Assembly: GCA_000002435.2 (NCBI GenBank)
Contig: CM018789.1
Length of the DNA: 64,000 bases
Direction: 5' to 3' (one strand)
Origin: Giardia intestinalis
Lineage: Eukaryota
Shown here: in pieces, positions 29,829-38,396 of the stretch
How positions within the stretch are numbered: the stretch's first letter is position 1
Layout of the letters: every line of letters starts with the position of its first letter
Translations under genes and position numbers: made by a program
The notes under the pieces: model-generated
What the model was told of the DNA's origin: nothing
Seen by the model: the letters and a program-made list of their open reading frames with translations, nothing else
The model's database searches: none

Positions 29829-32800
29829 ATGACAAGAGTTATTGAGCTGGGGGAGTATTCAGACCATGCATACGCTGCCATCTTTCCTGGACTGGGCCTC
29901 CTTCTCACTGATCCTGAAGGTGTTATCACTCTCTATAGAGACGATGATAAAGGTCCAGGGTTCATTGTTCACAAGGCGAATTCACCAATCACAGCTTTGG
30001 CATGCACCCATAATATTATACTAATCTCATGCGGAGAAACTCTTAGGGTGAGCAGGTATCGTCCTGACCTAGGAAAATTTGATGAGCTCAGTGATACTAC
30101 AAATGAGTGTACTTTGCCGCATGCTGTATCGGTTCTTTACATTCTAGATAGCCACGGCTTCCTTGCTGGAACAGATGTCGGCGAGTGTTATCTTTTCCCG
30201 GTCAATCTTGATGACGAAGTAGAGATTGCTACCCCTTTACCAGAGCCGGTACTTCTTGGCAGACTAAATGACGCGATTACCTCACTTACTAGCTCGGAGA
30301 CAATGATACTTATAACCTCTCAAAGTGGCCAGGTGCTCCTCCTAGACATTTCTTCATACTTTCAGCCAGAAAAGAAGCCAGCAGAAACAGCAACTGTTTT
30401 CTCGACTAGACTCCTTTGCGCAGAGCTGCTACAGCCGGGATCCATATCTTACGTTACTCGCCTGGGTTCTGCACTTTGTGGGAGCGACTTTCTCCTTCCG
30501 GGGGTTGAATTGGCACTTCGATCTGTGTCACGGCCACAAGCGCCCATCATGTCATCGGCTCTTCCAGATAACGACACTGTTATCAACTTGCAATATGTCG
30601 TTTACGAAGGAGAAGCGACACCAGCACTCTTCTCATGTGTGTCAATGTCCCAGGATCAAGTATGTTCGGTGCACCTTGTGCGCTTTACTGGAAAGAAGCA
30701 AACGCCCTTTCTTATTTGTTGCATGCAAAAGTTTCCCAATAAGGCATTCATTGTTTCCCATTATATCCAAACTCGAGATGGGCATATCTGTAGATTAATT
30801 GTACTCACTGCCTCTCCTAACGAGGGGAGGGCTCTACACATATATGACAACTTCTATACGCTGACACATGCAGATAAACAGGCGCTGAAGGGATCCGCAG
30901 CTACAATCAACGACCAAATCCAAGAATTAACAGCACAACTCCTCACAGAAGCTATGACAGAACCTTTCACAAAGAAACAATTAGCCCATCAGGTTAAGAC
31001 TTCTAAACCTAGTGAGCTCAACGAAGAACAGTCTGCTGAAAGCAGTAGCGAGTCTGAGAGTGATCAAGATACTGTCATTCCACTTGGAAAAGATACAGTA
31101 GAGCACGAAACAAAGATCTCATCAGGATCCATCGTGGATAAGATTCCAGAAGGATATAGTCTTCTGGTTGAACGGTTTGCTGATCAAGTCCTTCAAAAGG
31201 TTATTCTACACACGGGCTCCTCTCACACGACCTCTCCTGCCCTACTAGTCAACTTCTTTGTTAAGCTAGGTAGCACCACTCTCCGCTCTTGGGACTTTAC
31301 CTCACTATTAACGAGAATTGAGGCACTCGGTCGCTCGTCCCGCACGTTCCTTTGTTATACTTCCAAAGGATCGGTGCAGATGTCTGCCTTTGATAACGGC
31401 ACATCCTTTATCATCTATTGTAAGCCTCATACCTTAGGGGCACGGGAGCAAACATACACCCTACCACAGCCCGCTATTCATGCGTCTATCTCGGATTACG
31501 GAACTGCTATCCTCAGAGAAACATCTCTATCTGTCTATCCTTATCAGGACTCTCCAACGGCTCCTGAGTTCAAGCGGGAGTGGAAGGTTGTTTTCCCTCC
31601 AACACTTATACCTGTTGCTTGTGCTTTTGGTGACGCCCGCTTTGCGGCTGTCTCCTTCACAAATAGAACGTTGATAGCATACTGTGGTGGCCTTGTTTGC
31701 TATTCTAACGTGTATGCCTGCTCCATTACCTTACTGCTCATGGAAGGGTCAATTCTTTTTGTATTGTCAGAAAACACCTTCTACCTTATAGATTTAGAAG
31801 CCAGAAAGACAATTGTAACAGGTACATCACCGGTCCCTCCTACCCATCTAATTTGGGGCTCCATAGATGAGTTCTGTGTGCTTTTGTACAGCCAAACAGG
31901 CACACTATTTGCGTTAAACATACAATCTATCTTCAGTTCTGTTACTTACACGTGGGTTCCCATTCTATCGGTAGTCGAACAAGAACGGAAACGGATATCT
32001 ACCATCCACAATAAGATACATCGGTTCTACACATCATCTGACGTTCCATCGATATCCCTCAACGATATGTCAGCACTGAGGCCTCTGTTTTACTTTCCTG
32101 TGGATGTTAGTCTTGCTGATCTGTCCATGTATGCTATTTCAGCCTATGCACTGGATATCAAAGGCAGCTCTGATAAGATTATGACAGTAAGGCATATTTC
32201 CACCTCGCTACGAGGGGGAAAACTATCAAAAACCAAAAGTTCCACATTTCTCGAAGAACTGCGGAATGCATTCAACTGCGATCTTCAAAGGCTGAATGAA
32301 TATCCGCTTCAGGCCCGTGTAAGCCTCCCAGCCATGGGCGAATTTGACGTCACACCCTGTGCATTATCTCCCGTTATTAATGCTAATGATGACGACATTG
32401 ATCGTGCTGAGCGTGTGCTAGTCTTGCGAGAGATTGCACTAAATGCTCTCCTAGCGTGTTCCACCGATGAAGGAGCGCTGCGAACAGCAGAGAAACAATA
32501 TGATAAAGAGGCAATCCAGTATATCAACCTCTGTCTGCGAGCAGGCTTGATTCCAAGGGCGTGTGCTGCTCTGCAATTGCTTAGAACCAGAGGGGCAATA
32601 GAAATGGGCTTACAGCTATTCAGCATCGTTGGAGAAACACAATTTGTTGATGCTATCTCGATGAAGCTGGACGACGTGTTTGGACAGGCTCAGGGTAACG
32701 AGGAAACGCAACTTGTACGAAACACAGAGATCCTGCCATCTGGGGTTAGTCCATTTTCAACCAGCTCCCTATGGGCCATAAAAAGTGATTGCTTGAGCGC

Positions 32801-33119
32801 AGGGACTCTATTTGCCCAGGTAAAGAGAGATACCCTGGAGAAGCAGTACAAGCTCATGATTGCTGAGATGAATGAGCAGCTCGCTATTCTAAAGACGCGC
32901 ACCAGAACAGTTGAGGTAGATAAACTTACAGGGAATGGGCTAACCGTTCTGGATGAACATCCCGATAAGCATGCTATACTAGCAGACGTTAAAGAATCTC
33001 AAGAAGCAACCTTACAGGTAAAGGAGTCGTCATCCTATGCACCAAAGTCACGATCCATTATGGCAACAACCACTTCCCCAACAAAAAGCCTTGCATCTAT
33101 CTTTCAAAAAAATAAATAA
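29829..33119 (+). CDS. Hypothetical protein of 1096 aa; the N-terminal half may be a beta-propeller-like fold and the C-terminal half is alpha-helical
   Basis: ATG at 29829 follows a 71-bp divergent spacer. The ORF is uninterrupted. Its TAA stop (33117-33119) overlaps the ATG of the next gene by 1 nt. Confidence 0.55.
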   Translation: MTRVIELGEYSDHAYAAIFPGLGLLLTDPEGVITLYRDDDKGPGFIVHKANSPITALACTHNIILISCGETLRVSRYRPDLGKFDELSDTTNECTLPHAVSVLYILDSHGFLAGTDVGECYLFPVNLDDEVEIATPLPEPVLLGRLNDAITSLTSSETMILITSQSGQVLLLDISSYFQPEKKPAETATVFSTRLLCAELLQPGSISYVTRLGSALCGSDFLLPGVELALRSVSRPQAPIMSSALPDNDTVINLQYVVYEGEATPALFSCVSMSQDQVCSVHLVRFTGKKQTPFLICCMQKFPNKAFIVSHYIQTRDGHICRLIVLTASPNEGRALHIYDNFYTLTHADKQALKGSAATINDQIQELTAQLLTEAMTEPFTKKQLAHQVKTSKPSELNEEQSAESSSESESDQDTVIPLGKDTVEHETKISSGSIVDKIPEGYSLLVERFADQVLQKVILHTGSSHTTSPALLVNFFVKLGSTTLRSWDFTSLLTRIEALGRSSRTFLCYTSKGSVQMSAFDNGTSFIIYCKPHTLGAREQTYTLPQPAIHASISDYGTAILRETSLSVYPYQDSPTAPEFKREWKVVFPPTLIPVACAFGDARFAAVSFTNRTLIAYCGGLVCYSNVYACSITLLLMEGSILFVLSENTFYLIDLEARKTIVTGTSPVPPTHLIWGSIDEFCVLLYSQTGTLFALNIQSIFSSVTYTWVPILSVVEQERKRISTIHNKIHRFYTSSDVPSISLNDMSALRPLFYFPVDVSLADLSMYAISAYALDIKGSSDKIMTVRHISTSLRGGKLSKTKSSTFLEELRNAFNCDLQRLNEYPLQARVSLPAMGEFDVTPCALSPVINANDDDIDRAERVLVLREIALNALLACSTDEGALRTAEKQYDKEAIQYINLCLRAGLIPRACAALQLLRTRGAIEMGLQLFSIVGETQFVDAISMKLDDVFGQAQGNEETQLVRNTEILPSGVSPFSTSSLWAIKSDCLSAGTLFAQVKRDTLEKQYKLMIAEMNEQLAILKTRTRTVEVDKLTGNGLTVLDEHPDKHAILADVKESQEATLQVKESSSYAPKSRSIMATTTSPTKSLASIFQKNK

Positions 33120-35341
33120 TGGAGCTGCGACTGGGCGTGGAGCATGAGCATCTTGTAGACGGTCAGGACGATTTAGAGAACTTGGTGATAGATGACGTCC
33201 TCAGCTCAGCTTCATCTGGCTTACAGTCCGCTCGTTCTGAACGTCCATACTCTTTTATCAGAAACAATCCTGGGGACTCTCAGGAAAAGCATGGTATAGG
33301 TGTCTTCTTAACTTCAAGTGACGAAGTAACCAGAACAATGGACGATGTCTTACAAAAGGACAATCGGCTATCTGCATCTAGATACACCCAAAAGACTCTA
33401 GTCTCTCCTGAATTAGTGACAATACCTAGCACTTGTGGAGATGCATATCATCTCTCTGACGACGAGCAGAAGAGTTTCGATGGCATTGGGAGTAAGATTG
33501 GGCTGGTTGAATCAAAGACTATAGATTCCCCACCGATAGAGAACCAGATGCTATCGGAGTCTGCATTGGATCCCAAACAGCTAGATTATTGCCCCGAACA
33601 GTCTCGCAAAAATATAGCAAATCTTCAAGAAAGACTGGCAGACTTTAAAGAGAAGCACCCGGAAGCTGCGGAGTTGGCACAGGAGGCTCGGGATAGCGAG
33701 CGTGTCCTTGAGCTTCTGACCAATGCTACCACTGACGAGCCATCGTTTCTAGCCGAGCTTTCTGCGCTACAAGAAGTGCAAGAACTGTGGCGCACAACGC
33801 GGCCAGAACTATATCGGCTCGTTTTGAAGTACGGTGCTGTGCGAGAACAGATAAGACTCCTTATGAAGGCCGATAGAAACAAGGACTACCAGGACACCCT
33901 CATGAGTGATTTACTTGATGCTAAGAAGACTCTTGCCGACCTTAAAGCCACGCATCCCGATGTTTATGAATTAATTGCTGACACAGCCCTAGTGCAATCG
34001 CAAATTGCATCTATTAGTAGAGCAATGTCTCATAAGGGGCACTTGAGCGATAGACTGACGTGTCTCAGAGCCAGCCTCCATAAGCTGCAAGCAGATAATC
34101 AGGAGATTTTTGCCCAGCAGGCAGAGCTTCGACAATTAGAGGACGATATTAGAGACCTGCAAGAATTCTCAGACAATCGTGCTAAGTTCAATGCTTATAA
34201 ATCTAGCGTTCTGGCTGCATATGAAGCTCTTCAGTTGGAGCACCCTGACCTTGTGGCGTCATTCTTAGACCTAAAGCAACTAAAGCATGAACTAGATACT
34301 ATTAAGAGAGTCAAAGATGGCCTTATTAATATTGAGGGTGAGGTCCACGATGCACGGCAGCAGCTGAAGCAATTTAGGGAATCCAATTTGGAATTAGTTT
34401 CCCTTCTCGAAGAAAAGAAGCGCATAGAGGAAGACATAACAGAGATCCGAAATGGCATACAGAATATAACGCAGATTGCAGATGTGCTGCGCTCTTTGCA
34501 GGATATCTATGAGAACATCAAGGCAGAAAACCCAGAGCTTGTTGAGCTGCTAGACAGACGAAGAGCACTGAAGGATAAAGTTGTGCAGCTTCGAACCTCT
34601 ATCAAGAACCAGAAGTACCTAGAGGACGAGGTCGCTGACATGCAGCATCTTTTAGACGAGCTAAGTCGCAAGCATCCTGATGTTCTACTATTACTCGATA
34701 GAAAGAAAGAGCTGCAGGCAGCTTTAGAGTCTTTGAAATTATATGCTACCAACGTCTCTGTTTTGGAGCGAGATATTGAGACGAAAACACGCACATATGT
34801 TGAGTTATGCAGCATCTTTCCAGATATCAAAGAAAGGATACTGAAACGCAAGTACATAGAAGAAGACATTGCTCTTTTTAAGAGCTTTTCTAAAGACCCT
34901 GCACGCCTGGCCAGAGACACCCTCGCCCTCAGTAATGCATACGAGCAGTGCAGAGCCATGTCTCCTGTCATAACATCCATGTTAGACACCCGGACCTCTC
35001 TCGTTGACTTGGTATCTGAAAGCGCTCAATGCAATGAATTGGGGCTGCGCAACTTGCGAGAAGCGCACTCTGATGAGTTGTACGATTCTATCTCAGCACC
35101 CCCTCCAGAACCGCTGCCTTCAGAACGGGGTAGGAGGGCGCCGGAGTCCAGACAGCAGCAGCAGCAGCCCAGGCCTCCTGAGTATGGACAGGAGTTTACA
35201 GAAAGCGGCATAGCGGACCGCATTTTAAACGTCGATTTGCCCAACATGATGTGTAACTTCTTCGGGATATCAACGCCACAAACAAAGAAGGGGCAAAAAT
35301 TGAAGACAGTTAGCTCTCCATTAAGAAGAACTATTTCTTAG
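33119..35341 (+). CDS. Coiled-coil protein with at least five tandem repeats of roughly 75-80 aa, each opening with a (K/E)HP(D/E)-hydrophobic motif
   Basis: ATG at 33119 is preceded by aaaaaaataaataATG. The repeats begin KHPEAAELAQE, THPDVYELIAD, EHPDLVASFLD, ENPELVELLDR and KHPDVLLLLDR, each followed by heptad-rich sequence. There is a Q-rich patch (QQQQQ) and the C-terminal tail is basic. Confidence 0.6.
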   Translation: MELRLGVEHEHLVDGQDDLENLVIDDVLSSASSGLQSARSERPYSFIRNNPGDSQEKHGIGVFLTSSDEVTRTMDDVLQKDNRLSASRYTQKTLVSPELVTIPSTCGDAYHLSDDEQKSFDGIGSKIGLVESKTIDSPPIENQMLSESALDPKQLDYCPEQSRKNIANLQERLADFKEKHPEAAELAQEARDSERVLELLTNATTDEPSFLAELSALQEVQELWRTTRPELYRLVLKYGAVREQIRLLMKADRNKDYQDTLMSDLLDAKKTLADLKATHPDVYELIADTALVQSQIASISRAMSHKGHLSDRLTCLRASLHKLQADNQEIFAQQAELRQLEDDIRDLQEFSDNRAKFNAYKSSVLAAYEALQLEHPDLVASFLDLKQLKHELDTIKRVKDGLINIEGEVHDARQQLKQFRESNLELVSLLEEKKRIEEDITEIRNGIQNITQIADVLRSLQDIYENIKAENPELVELLDRRRALKDKVVQLRTSIKNQKYLEDEVADMQHLLDELSRKHPDVLLLLDRKKELQAALESLKLYATNVSVLERDIETKTRTYVELCSIFPDIKERILKRKYIEEDIALFKSFSKDPARLARDTLALSNAYEQCRAMSPVITSMLDTRTSLVDLVSESAQCNELGLRNLREAHSDELYDSISAPPPEPLPSERGRRAPESRQQQQQPRPPEYGQEFTESGIADRILNVDLPNMMCNFFGISTPQTKKGQKLKTVSSPLRRTIS

Positions 35342-35369
35342 ACAAAGTGCTATGTGGATGGTCACAATA

Positions 35370-36350
35370 TTAAGGGGACTTTGACGAAGCACGTGCACAT
35401 TTCACCGTTTGAACCTGCCATGCTTCCCGCACTGCCTCATAAATCTCCTTCACATTACACACATAGTCACAACCAAACACAATGTCGTGCCCGCACATAT
35501 CATGCCGTATTAGGATGCTTATCAGCCTGCAAGTAGCAGCCCCTGGAAGACAGGTCAAGTGGACATTGGCAACGGCTTGCTTCGAAGAATCGGCCTTGCA
35601 TATCCCCTCGTACAGAGTTTGTATTCGCATCAGTGCTAGTGAATTAAAGGGGGCATGGTTAGCTATACGTTTGTAGAGTTGCTCTTGGTCCTGAAACAGA
35701 TCTGCTGTGCTCGTTCGATAGTAGAAATGCTGAAGTACGAGGTTGTCTTTTCTATGCAGCTGTGCATGCCTCTGTGCACGCTGATAGGAGTTTATGGTAC
35801 TCTCATCTATCCAATCAGGAAGGCCAGGCTGGTTGAACGTTTCATTTACGAAAGTCTCGATAGCATCCTTGTCTAGTATGCAGCCTCTCGCTGAGGGATC
35901 CATTTTCATACTCCACAGCTCCTCTGTGTCGCGTGTCGGGGCTGCTACCATTCTATAGGAGAGGTGCGGATGCATTTGGTGAGTCCCCAGCTGGCTAACC
36001 GTGGCTACATACTCAACACTGGAATTAGTCGTCATAGATATCCCACTCTCCATCGTGTATAGCATGTTCCTACCGTCTATTGTCAGATTAATCATTAGTT
36101 CGTTAAGGTAAGATTGTAGTGCCCCTGTTTGCAATAGGTGTCTGTGACTAAATGTTTCACGAGTATCATTATACAGCGGGACATATACACATTCTAGCAC
36201 CGAGCCGTCGAGATCCTCTAGGTGTACGTGAGGAGCTGTATCGGGTATGGCCAGGAGCTCTTGCAATTCAACAATGGAGTATTCTGGGCCTGGCTTCAAG
36301 CAGCTAAGTGTTACATAGAGTAACAATACATGTAGAATCCCACAGACCAT
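35370..36350 (-). CDS. Hypothetical secreted or ER protein with a signal peptide
   Basis: ATG at 36348-36350. The N-terminal MVCGILHVLLLYVTLSCL is a typical cleavable signal peptide. Several N-glycosylation sequons and Cys residues are clustered near the C-terminus. Confidence 0.55.
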   Translation of the reverse strand: MVCGILHVLLLYVTLSCLKPGPEYSIVELQELLAIPDTAPHVHLEDLDGSVLECVYVPLYNDTRETFSHRHLLQTGALQSYLNELMINLTIDGRNMLYTMESGISMTTNSSVEYVATVSQLGTHQMHPHLSYRMVAAPTRDTEELWSMKMDPSARGCILDKDAIETFVNETFNQPGLPDWIDESTINSYQRAQRHAQLHRKDNLVLQHFYYRTSTADLFQDQEQLYKRIANHAPFNSLALMRIQTLYEGICKADSSKQAVANVHLTCLPGAATCRLISILIRHDMCGHDIVFGCDYVCNVKEIYEAVREAWQVQTVKCARASSKSP

Positions 36351-36365
36351 GGCGAGGCGGCCACA

Positions 36366-36401
36366 AGAAGCAAGAATAGAAGCAAGGATAGAAGTAAGGA
36401 T
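36366..36401. repeat. Three tandem, imperfect 12-mers (AGAAGCAAGAAT / AGAAGCAAGGAT / AGAAGTAAGGAT) in the divergent promoter between the secreted-protein gene and ribokinase
   Basis: Read directly from the sequence: the three units differ at 1-2 positions. The array sits 16-51 bp upstream of the minus-strand ATG at 36350. Confidence 0.6.
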
Positions 36402-36519
36402 TTAGGATGGAAATCAGTCAATGATCTGTGGCAAACGCAATTGTATTTTCACTTTTCATGACTAATTACACATGTTATTTCAAAACTGAAATACAAGAGT
36501 GCAGCGAGGTAAAAATATT

Positions 36520-37554
36520 ATGGCGGCGGCATCCACGGCCAAGATAGTGATCATTGGTAGCTACAATCGGGACCTGGTATGGTATGTCAAAGACTTTCCT
36601 ATTGGAGGTCAGACGATCAATGGGAGCTTTGCGTCTTCCCACGGAGGTAAAGGGTCCAACCAGGCCATAGCCTGCGGAAAGGTTCTTCGTGATCCATCCA
36701 GGGCCTTCTTTGTGGGTGCGGTTGGCAAGGACACTTTTGGGGACGAGATTCTGGCTCATTATAGGGAGCTTGGCATCCCCAACTGCATCAAGCAGGTGTC
36801 CGGGGCACCCACCGGTAATGCAGGGATCTATGTTGCGGAGTCAGGAGAAAACATGATAGTCATCTCTGAGGGTGCTAATGGGATGCTAAAGCCAAGCCTG
36901 GTGCCGGATTTGATGGCTGTGTTGGTGAAAGCCACACTTGTAGTCATGCAGTGCGAAATTTCTCCAGACAATACACTCTTGTTTGTCGAGGTCATCAAGC
37001 AGGCTAAGGCACAGAATAGTAGTCTTCGATTTGTGTTCAACCCAGCACCGTATAGAGCTGACTATGACTTCAGCAAGATCCTTTCCATCACGGACATCTT
37101 CTGTCCTAATGAGCTGGAGGCGCTTGAGATATCTGGTACAGGCAGACTTGAAGGGATTTGCGACGATTCTATGATGAAGGCTCTTGTGGAGAAGATGTCT
37201 AGTCTTTCGCCTTCTCTCAAGTTCGTTCTTTTCACGCTGGGTAGCAGGGGGTCTCGCATAGTGCAGACAAAAAGCTATGAGTCTCGGACTGTTGGGATAT
37301 ACTCCCACGGGAGGGCGATTGACACATCAGGAGCTGGAGACTGCTTTATTGGCAGCTTTTGTGTGCGTCTTATGGAACTGGCCGAGGAGTCTACTCGTGG
37401 ACCATCTGCACTTAATGACATCGACACTATTGCAGAGGCTGCGCGCTTTGCAAGTGTTGCGGCAGGCATCTCTGTAACCCGCAAGGGTACCTCTGCGTCG
37501 GTTCCCAGGCGTCAAGAAGTGGATGATGCCCTGTCTAAATTTTCTGGTAAATAA
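36520..37554 (+). CDS. Ribokinase (PfkB carbohydrate kinase family)
   Basis: The ORF-track ATG is at 36499; the ATG at 36520 (ggtaaaaatattATG, MAAASTAKIVIIGS) is the likely start. The protein aligns end-to-end with bacterial RbsK: GGKGSNQA (GGKGANQA), FNPAPY (NPAPA), CPNELEALEISG (TPNETEAEKLTG), TLGSRGSRIV, DTSGAGDCFIGSF (DT.AAGD.F.GA) and VTRKGTSASVPRRQEVD (VTRKGAQPSVPWREEID). Confidence 0.9.
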   Translation: MAAASTAKIVIIGSYNRDLVWYVKDFPIGGQTINGSFASSHGGKGSNQAIACGKVLRDPSRAFFVGAVGKDTFGDEILAHYRELGIPNCIKQVSGAPTGNAGIYVAESGENMIVISEGANGMLKPSLVPDLMAVLVKATLVVMQCEISPDNTLLFVEVIKQAKAQNSSLRFVFNPAPYRADYDFSKILSITDIFCPNELEALEISGTGRLEGICDDSMMKALVEKMSSLSPSLKFVLFTLGSRGSRIVQTKSYESRTVGIYSHGRAIDTSGAGDCFIGSFCVRLMELAEESTRGPSALNDIDTIAEAARFASVAAGISVTRKGTSASVPRRQEVDDALSKFSGK

Positions 37555-37572
37555 AAGATTGATTTAAGCAAA

Positions 37573-38364
37573 ATGACTGTGTGTGTTGCTCAGGCGGAGC
37601 GTGGTGCGTCAGAGCTGGAGTCTAAGGCAATGGTGAAGAAAAGCAACGATGCTGCGTTACTAGTTGCCCACCGTATCGCGGAAGTTGTCCGCAGCAAGCC
37701 GAATTGCGTTCTGGGCCTGGCGACCGGATCGACCCCCATCCCCGTCTACCAGGAGCTCGCCCGTCTCCACCGCGAGGAGGGCCTGGACTTCTCGCAGGTC
37801 AGGACGTTCAACCTGGACGAGTATGCAGGGCTTCCTCCCACGCACGACCAGAGCTACCGCTTCTTCATGGAGGAGCACCTCTTCAGCAAGGTCAATATAA
37901 AGCCGGAGAATGTACACTTCTTGAGCGGACTGGCAATACGGGCTGAGGATGAATGCATAAGATATGAAAATGCGCTCCAAACAATTGGCCCCTGCGACGT
38001 CTGGCTTCTGGGGATCGGGCACAACGGTCACATCGCCTTCAACGAGCCGGGGTCCCCGAGAGACAGCAGGACGCGCGTCGTCTGCCTGACCCAGAGCACG
38101 ATCGACGCCAACGCGCGCTTCTTCGGAAACGACAAGTCGAAGGTCCCGACCAAGGCCCTCTCTGTGGGGATAGCAACCATCATGGAGAGCCGCGAGATCC
38201 TTCTTCTCGCCACCGGTGAGAGCAAGTGTGAGGCTGTGACAAAGGCCATAGTTGGGGAGCCAACAAATGCTGTTCCTGCCTCGCTGCTTCAAAGACATCC
38301 TCGCTGTTGCTTTTATGTCGATGAGGCCGCAGGTGCGGAAGTCGCCGAGACCGTTACAGAATAA
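37573..38364 (+). CDS. Glucosamine-6-phosphate deaminase/isomerase (NagB family)
   Basis: ATG at 37573 lies 18 nt after the ribokinase stop. Matches to NagB include VLGLATGSTP, RTFNLDEYAGLP (TFNMDEYVGLP), LLGIGHNGHIAFNEPGS (GGVGNDGHIAFNEP.S) and ANARFFGND.SKVPTKALSVGI ([22 protein letters not shown]). The gene body is markedly more GC-rich than its surroundings. AGTAAA occurs about 10 nt after the TAA. Confidence 0.9.
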   Translation: MTVCVAQAERGASELESKAMVKKSNDAALLVAHRIAEVVRSKPNCVLGLATGSTPIPVYQELARLHREEGLDFSQVRTFNLDEYAGLPPTHDQSYRFFMEEHLFSKVNIKPENVHFLSGLAIRAEDECIRYENALQTIGPCDVWLLGIGHNGHIAFNEPGSPRDSRTRVVCLTQSTIDANARFFGNDKSKVPTKALSVGIATIMESREILLLATGESKCEAVTKAIVGEPTNAVPASLLQRHPRCCFYVDEAAGAEVAETVTE

Positions 38365-38396
38365 ATTGTAAAGTAAAAAACACCTGGGGCTGAACC

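Noticed and set aside
33117-33121. Possibility that the 1096-aa and 740-aa plus-strand genes are one gene split by a sequencing error
   Set aside because: The two ORFs are in different frames (TAA and ATG overlap by 1 nt). The downstream ORF has its own A-rich initiator. The two proteins have unrelated compositions. A fusion would need a precise frameshift, for which I see no evidence.
37660-38298. 212-aa minus-strand ORF and overlapping short ORFs
   Set aside because: They are antisense to the GC-rich NagB-type gene. High GC content suppresses stops in all frames, and the sense frame has unambiguous family motifs.
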